Positions 59,056-64,000 of a stretch of 64,000 bases of DNA are shown piece after piece. The translations under genes and the position numbers were made by a program. Source of the DNA: Nannocystis bainbridge (GTDB lineage: Bacteria; Myxococcota_A; Polyangia; Nannocystales; Nannocystaceae); contig NZ_JAQNDL010000003.1 in NCBI RefSeq assembly GCF_028368995.1, positions 1,600,001-1,664,000 of the forward strand. The letters run 5' to 3'. Every line of letters starts with the position of its first letter. Positions within the stretch are counted from its first letter, which is position 1. A model generated the notes under the pieces. That model saw only the letters and a program-made list of their open reading frames with translations. It was not told the DNA's origin and did no database searches.

Positions 59056-60078
59056 CTACCGCCCCGGCAGCAGCGGCGCCAGCCAGGCCGCGTAGTATGC
59101 CAGCACCTCGCGGCCGATGAACCACGGCTCCTTCAGCAGACGCCGGCTCATCCTCGCCGGCACCGTGTATGCCAGCATGCCCGCCCGCTGGAACAGCAGC
59201 TTCACCCGCGGCTCATGATAATAGTGGCTCACCGCCAGCACCCGTCGCGCCCCGCGCTGCTGCAGCCATTCGCTCGTCACCGCCACCGTCGCGGCCGTAT
59301 CGACCCCCAGCTCGTCGAGCACGATCGCCTCCGCCGGCACCCCTGCTGCGATCGCCCGCGCCTGCATCGCCACCGGCTCCGACACCCCGTGGTCCTCGTC
59401 GATCGCCCCGCTCATGATCACCGTCGGAGCCAGCCCCGCGTGGTAGAGGCGGATCCCCTCGTCGACCCGATCGGCCAGCGCCAGCGACGGCCTCCCGTCC
59501 GAGTACACCCGCGCCCCGAACACCACGATCGCGTCCGCCTCGCGGGCGTAGCGGGTCGGTCCGAACGTCAGCATCAGCACCAGCGGCAGCGCCAGCGCCA
59601 CCCCCGCCGCCGTCGCCAGGCTGCGCACGACCTGTCCCCAAGACCATGTCCTCGCCGGCCCCGGCCGCCCCGCCGAACTCGCCAGCGCCAGCGACAGCGG
59701 CAGCACCAGCGCCGACCCTGGCAGCGGCAGCGGCGTGGCGATGCGGCCCTCGATCAGCAGCGCGAAGTACACCAGCGTGTCCCAGGCTGCCGCCGCCGCC
59801 ACTGCCAGCAGGCAGACCACCCCCGCCGCTCTCACCCAGCCGCGGCGCAGCGGCCCGAGCCCGCGGGCGATCAGCGTCGCCGCCAACATGGCCTTGAAGA
59901 CAGCCGCACCTGTCCCTCCGGGCAGGCTGATCCACGCCCCCGTCGCGTCGAAGCGCGGCCCTGCGATCAGCCGCCCGACCACGTTGAGGGCCACGAACAC
60001 CCCCAGCGCCAGCCCCACGTCCGGCAGCAGCGCGCGGACGCGAGCCCCGGACCCCGCTGCGTGCTCGTCTGCGATCAT
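59056..60078 (-). CDS. YdcF/SanA (DUF218) family membrane protein
   Basis: N-terminal TMs; ADAIVVFGA, S..LADR, IMSG, SE..AM, GVDT, VSH.YH.PR, REV.A. Confidence 0.9.
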   Translation of the reverse strand: MIADEHAAGSGARVRALLPDVGLALGVFVALNVVGRLIAGPRFDATGAWISLPGGTGAAVFKAMLAATLIARGLGPLRRGWVRAAGVVCLLAVAAAAAWDTLVYFALLIEGRIATPLPLPGSALVLPLSLALASSAGRPGPARTWSWGQVVRSLATAAGVALALPLVLMLTFGPTRYAREADAIVVFGARVYSDGRPSLALADRVDEGIRLYHAGLAPTVIMSGAIDEDHGVSEPVAMQARAIAAGVPAEAIVLDELGVDTAATVAVTSEWLQQRGARRVLAVSHYYHEPRVKLLFQRAGMLAYTVPARMSRRLLKEPWFIGREVLAYYAAWLAPLLPGR

Positions 60079-60196
60079 CCTCGGCGGAGGCACGCGCCAG
60101 CGCGCCCCGGTATTCCCGGCCCTGCCCGATCGGGTGGAACCCCTCGTCTGCGCCCGCCGGCCTCGATCTTCGCGCTCCCCGCGAGACCCGGCAAAC

Positions 60197-60244
60197 CTGC
60201 TGGATCTGCATGGTCTTTGTCACATGTCCTCATGGACATGTGAC
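60197..60244. repeat. Short tandem array of the 14-bp palindrome
   Basis: TGGTCTTTGTCACA followed by TGTCCTCATGGACA. CATG at 60209, 60223 and 60237. Contains the perfect inverted repeat GTCACATGTCC-TCAT-GGACATGTGAC. Confidence 0.8.
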
Positions 60245-60343
60245 CACAATCGCCCGCCGCCCGCGCTCGAACGCCCTCAGGTCCCCCGCGCGCGCGGCGA
60301 AAACTGCTTTACGGGCGCGCGCGGGAGCTTCTACGCTGCCGTC

Positions 60344-62152
60344 ATGAATCCTCGCCTGTGTATGAACTTGTGCACCTCGGCTGCCCTCGCGGCCGCGCTC
60401 TTCACCGCCTGCGGCGACAACGGCCAGGTAACTGCCTCCGAGGTCGCCACGATGTCGGGCGGGCCGACCGTCGTGACGACTGACCCGGGGACGACAGCCG
60501 GCAGCACCGACGCCCCGACCACGACCCCCACGTCGACCGACGGCACCGGCACCCAGGGCATGACCGACACCGGCACCACCCAGGGGCCGACCTCGACTGG
60601 ACCGGGCACCACCGACACCCCCGTGACCAGCACCACCGGTCCGGACACCACCGGCACGCCTGGCACCACCACTGTCGACACCACCGGCCTCCCGGGCACC
60701 ACCACCGTCGACACCGACACCACCACCGACTCCACCACCGGCGAGGACCCCTTCTTCGGCGAGATCCCCGAGACCTGTGATCAGGCCGAGCTGTCGAAGA
60801 GCACCGTCGGCTGTGCCTTCTACGCCCTCGACATGGACTCGCACGACTTCTCCGAGACCAGCCAGTTCGCGGTCGCCGTCGCCAACGTGCAGAAGGACCA
60901 GCAGGCCACCGTCACCGTCGAGCGCAAGCAGGGCGGCGTGTGGAACATGATCGCCGGCCCGGTCCAGATCAACGCGCTCGGGCTGCAGACCTTCAACCTG
61001 CCTGACCAGCACACCGACGACAGCCAGCTCGCGGCCGGCTTCGCCTACCGCGTCAAGTCGTCGGTGCCCGTCATCGCCTACCAGTTCAATCCGGTCGACG
61101 GCTCGTCCTCGTTCCTCTCGGACGCCTCGATGCTCTACCCCGTCACCGGCCTCGACTCGATCAACCACGTGATCGCGTGGACGTCGATGATGGACAACAC
61201 CAACACCTTCCAGCACAGCTACGCCAGCGCGGTCGCGGTGATGGACAACACCAAGATCAAGGTCACGCCGAGCACCGTCACCGCCGCCGGCGCCGGCGTC
61301 CCGGCCGGCCAGCCTGGCGTCCCGTTCGAGATCACCCTCAACGAGGGCGACGTGCTCAGCGTCGCCGTGCAGGGCCTCGGCACCTCGATGACCGGCACGA
61401 TCTTCGAGAGCGCCAAGGAGACCCCGTTCATGCTGTTCGCCGGCCAGGAGTGCGCCCTCATCCCGGCGGGCACCTGCTGCTGCGACCACATGGAGGAGCA
61501 GATCAGCGGCGTGCGCCTGTGGGGCAAGCACTTCATCGGCGCGCGCACGGCCGTGCGCAGCGCCAACGCCCCCGAGCCCTCGCTGTGGCAGATCTACGGC
61601 GCCGAGGACGGTACCACCGTCACCCTCAACGCCGACGCTCAGGTCACCGGCTTGCCGGCCAACCCGATCATCCTCGACAAGGGTCAGGTGGTCGAGTTCT
61701 ACGCCGGCGGTCCCACCGGCGAGCCGGGCGACTTCGAGATCACCGCCGACAAGCCGATCGGCGTGATGAACTACATGACCGGCGCCGAGAACCTGCCGCC
61801 CCAGTTCTTCAGCGTCGGCGACCCCGCCGCCGTGCAGATCCCCTCGGTCGAGCAGTTCCTGCCGCGCTACGTCGTCCTCGTGCCCGGGACGTGGGTCAAC
61901 GACGTCGGCGTGTTCACCCGCCAGGCCGGCGCGGTCGTCACCATCGACGGCGTGGCGATCGCCGACTCCGCCTGGAACCCGGTCGCCGACAGCGACTACG
62001 AGGTCGCCCGCGTCCCGCTCGGCGACGGCGTCCACGTGCTCGAGGGCGGCGACGTCCCGTTCAGCGTCATCATCGTCGGCTGGGACCAGCACGACAGCTA
62101 CTCGTACCTCGGCGGCACCGGCACCAAGATCGTCAACCCGACGCCGATGTGA
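60344..62152 (+). CDS. IgGFc-binding-domain lipoprotein
   Basis: Lipobox FTAC, Thr stalk, STVGC.FY, SSVPVIAYQFNP, SDAS.L.P, CDHMEEQ, GDPA, SYSY.GG. Confidence 0.87.
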   Translation: MNPRLCMNLCTSAALAAALFTACGDNGQVTASEVATMSGGPTVVTTDPGTTAGSTDAPTTTPTSTDGTGTQGMTDTGTTQGPTSTGPGTTDTPVTSTTGPDTTGTPGTTTVDTTGLPGTTTVDTDTTTDSTTGEDPFFGEIPETCDQAELSKSTVGCAFYALDMDSHDFSETSQFAVAVANVQKDQQATVTVERKQGGVWNMIAGPVQINALGLQTFNLPDQHTDDSQLAAGFAYRVKSSVPVIAYQFNPVDGSSSFLSDASMLYPVTGLDSINHVIAWTSMMDNTNTFQHSYASAVAVMDNTKIKVTPSTVTAAGAGVPAGQPGVPFEITLNEGDVLSVAVQGLGTSMTGTIFESAKETPFMLFAGQECALIPAGTCCCDHMEEQISGVRLWGKHFIGARTAVRSANAPEPSLWQIYGAEDGTTVTLNADAQVTGLPANPIILDKGQVVEFYAGGPTGEPGDFEITADKPIGVMNYMTGAENLPPQFFSVGDPAAVQIPSVEQFLPRYVVLVPGTWVNDVGVFTRQAGAVVTIDGVAIADSAWNPVADSDYEVARVPLGDGVHVLEGGDVPFSVIIVGWDQHDSYSYLGGTGTKIVNPTPM

Positions 62153-62236
62153 TCGCATCGGACATGTCCTGAACGACATGTCCATTTGAAAATGACCCAT
62201 CGGACATGCTCTTCAGGGCATGTCCGATGGGCCATC
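62151..62236. repeat. Tandem array of the 14-bp palindrome
   Basis: Units from 62165: TGTCCTGAACGACA, TGTCCATTTGAAAA, TGACCCATCGGACA, TGCTCTTCAGGGCA, TGTCCGATGGGCCA. Fills the gap between convergent genes. Confidence 0.9.
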
Positions 62237-62246
62237 CTTCATCCGC

Positions 62247-63605
62247 TCAGCCGCCGCACAGGCGGCCCAGCCACGGCTGCTGCGTCCCGCCGTCCTCGCC
62301 GAGGAACGCCCCGCTGACGATCACCGCCCCGTCCGACGTGAACGCCGCGGTGTTGGCGTCGCCCCAGCTGTACGGCAGCCCGAACTCGTGCTCGAAGCTC
62401 CACAGCAGCGCCCCGTCGGCCGCCATCAGCCCCACCCACAGGTCCTTGCGCTGGCCCCACTCGTTGCCCGGCTGCGGCGGCTTCTCGACCCCGCCGACCA
62501 GCAGCAGCGCCCCGTCCTGGCGGAGCCCGTCGCCGAAGCGCAGGCTCTCGGCGCTCGCGTCCGGCAGCGGCATCGTCCACGCCACCGCCCCGTCGCTGGC
62601 GAACTTGCGCAGCGACAGCGGGCTCGGCTTCGCGTCGGGCGTCTCGAGCAGGTAGGCCGCGCCCGCCTCGCCGACCAGCACCGCGCGCGGCTCCGTGGGA
62701 TCTCCCTCGAGCGCGTGCTCCCAGCTCGGCGCCCCATGGTCGTCGAAGCGGGCGATCCACAGCCCCTCGGGGCTCTCGGTGCGGGCGGCCAGCACCACCG
62801 ACCCGTCGGCCCCGAGGTCGTGGCGGACCTTGTAATCGGCGTTGTCCGGCGGCGCCAGGATCGCCTCGCCCAGCACGTTGCCGGCCGTATCGAGGCGCAC
62901 GTGCTTGAACGGCTCCTCGTACGATCCCGCCAGCACGAAGATCGTCGCGCCGTCGGTCGCCAGCTGACCCAGCGGTGAGTACGAGGTCCACGGCTGGGCC
63001 GGCGGCCGCGCGAGCTCCCAGCGCCACACGTGGGCGCCATCGGGCGCGAAGCGGAGCACCACCAGGCGCGCGTCGTAGGTCCCCATCATCTCGCCCTCGA
63101 CCGCGAGGATCGTCTCTTCCACCAGCACGTGGACGAACCCCGACGCATCGATCGCCACGTCGACCGCCCCGTCCTGGAGGCCGTTGGCGCCGGCGTAGGA
63201 GTCGCTCCAGACCGCCGCGCCCTCGGCGTCGCGCAGCTCGACGAACGCGTCGCCGTCGTCGCCGACCGCCGTCCGGCCGGCGACCACCGCCGCGCCGTCG
63301 CGCGCGCCCGCGAGCCCGGGCATGAATCCCGGCAGCTCCGCCGCGCTGCGCGCCCACTGCAGCGCGCCGCCGACCTCCCCCGGCCGGCACACCGGCGCCG
63401 GCGGGTCGCCCGTGCTCGGGTCGCCTGACGGATCGCCCGTGGTCGTGGTCTCGAGCTCGCCGCTGGTGCCCGTCGGCGGCGGACCGCCGGTCGGCGCCTC
63501 GGTCCCGCTGCTGCTGCTCGTGCTGCCGTCGGTCCCGGCGCTCGAATCATTGCACGCGAGCAGCAGCGACCACGAAGTCAGCGCCGCGATCGTCGCCCGC
63601 GTCAC
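62247..63605 (-). CDS. Lipoprotein with stalk and beta-propeller-like repeats
   Basis: Lipobox LLAC; repeated (R/K)F..DG...W blades; GTG start overlaps the upstream stop. Confidence 0.78.
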   Translation of the reverse strand: MTRATIAALTSWSLLLACNDSSAGTDGSTSSSSGTEAPTGGPPPTGTSGELETTTTGDPSGDPSTGDPPAPVCRPGEVGGALQWARSAAELPGFMPGLAGARDGAAVVAGRTAVGDDGDAFVELRDAEGAAVWSDSYAGANGLQDGAVDVAIDASGFVHVLVEETILAVEGEMMGTYDARLVVLRFAPDGAHVWRWELARPPAQPWTSYSPLGQLATDGATIFVLAGSYEEPFKHVRLDTAGNVLGEAILAPPDNADYKVRHDLGADGSVVLAARTESPEGLWIARFDDHGAPSWEHALEGDPTEPRAVLVGEAGAAYLLETPDAKPSPLSLRKFASDGAVAWTMPLPDASAESLRFGDGLRQDGALLLVGGVEKPPQPGNEWGQRKDLWVGLMAADGALLWSFEHEFGLPYSWGDANTAAFTSDGAVIVSGAFLGEDGGTQQPWLGRLCGG

Positions 63606-64000
63606 GACCGGGCCCTCCGCCGCCGCGCCCCCAGCAGCAGCAGCAGCGCCAGCGCCGGGGCGCCCGCGCGCTCCTGTCCCAAAGAGCAGCCGCCCTTGCG
63701 CTCGCCCGCGGGCGGCTCGCCCTCGCTGCCCGACCCGCTCGAGCCGGACTCCTCGCTCGCCGTGTCACTGCCGGTCGTGTCACTGCCGGTCGTCTCGCTG
63801 CCGGTCGTCTCACTCGAAGTAGTGCCACCCGTCGTCTCACTGCCCGTCGTCTCGCTCGCGGTCGTGCCGCCCGTCGTCTCGCCCGCGCTGCTGGTGCCCG
63901 GCTCTGGCCAGTCGCTGGTGCTCTCCTCGCCCTTGCACACGCCCTCGTGGGCGATCTTCACGCCCGCGCAGGTCTCCGCGTAGCAGGCGTTGGCGTAGGA
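63602..64000 (-). CDS. Kazal-like domain protein with MYXO-CTERM tail (5' end outside window)
   Basis: Frame open from the window end: SYANACYAETCAGVKIAHEGVC (Kazal Y.N.C...G.C), SETTG repeat stalk, KGGC then a hydrophobic helix then RRRR. Confidence 0.8.
   Translation of the reverse strand, partial: SYANACYAETCAGVKIAHEGVCKGEESTSDWPEPGTSSAGETTGGTTASETTGSETTGGTTSSETTGSETTGSDTTGSDTASEESGSSGSGSEGEPPAGERKGGCSLGQERAGAPALALLLLLGARRRRARS

Noticed and set aside
62160-62236. Unit junction GGACATGTCC matches the p53 half-site RRRCWWGYYY
   Set aside because: The context is bacterial, and the decamer arises automatically when TGTCC-N4-GGACA units abut. Coincidental.
63760-63890. 15-bp tandem repeat
   Set aside because: Encodes the SETTG/SDTTG low-complexity stalk of a surface protein; unrelated to the 14-bp palindrome.

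Overview
Very GC-rich myxobacterial DNA, probably Nannocystis-like: it carries MYXO-CTERM proteins, a TIGR02270 protein and many Thr/Ser-stalk lipoproteins. In order, the window holds: (1) an auxiliary T6SS cluster (vgrG and TIGR02270 transcribed away from DUF2169, a KAS-like gene, a DUF4150/PAAR-like toxin and an SMI1/KNR4 immunity gene); (2) a PAS-STAS protein; (3) a complete His-Xaa-Ser radical-SAM operon (hxsD-B-C-A) whose precursor is fused to a PEGA-like domain and coupled to a 733-aa Zn-finger membrane protein; (4) a di-heme RoxA-like lipoprotein with a TetR; (5) sodC, hemerythrin and FAD/Rieske genes; (6) FUSC, 2OG oxygenase and TlpA genes; (7) an alternative complex III plus caa3 oxidase operon; (8) tandem lipoprotein paralogs, a double-domain Ser/Thr kinase operon, small regulator/detox units and many surface proteins. 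The most striking unexplained signal is a 14-bp palindrome, consensus TGTCC-N4-GGACA. It forms head-to-tail arrays with an exact 14-bp period in intergenic DNA and also occurs singly inside genes, written with rare codons. All family assignments come from reading motifs by eye; no searches were run.
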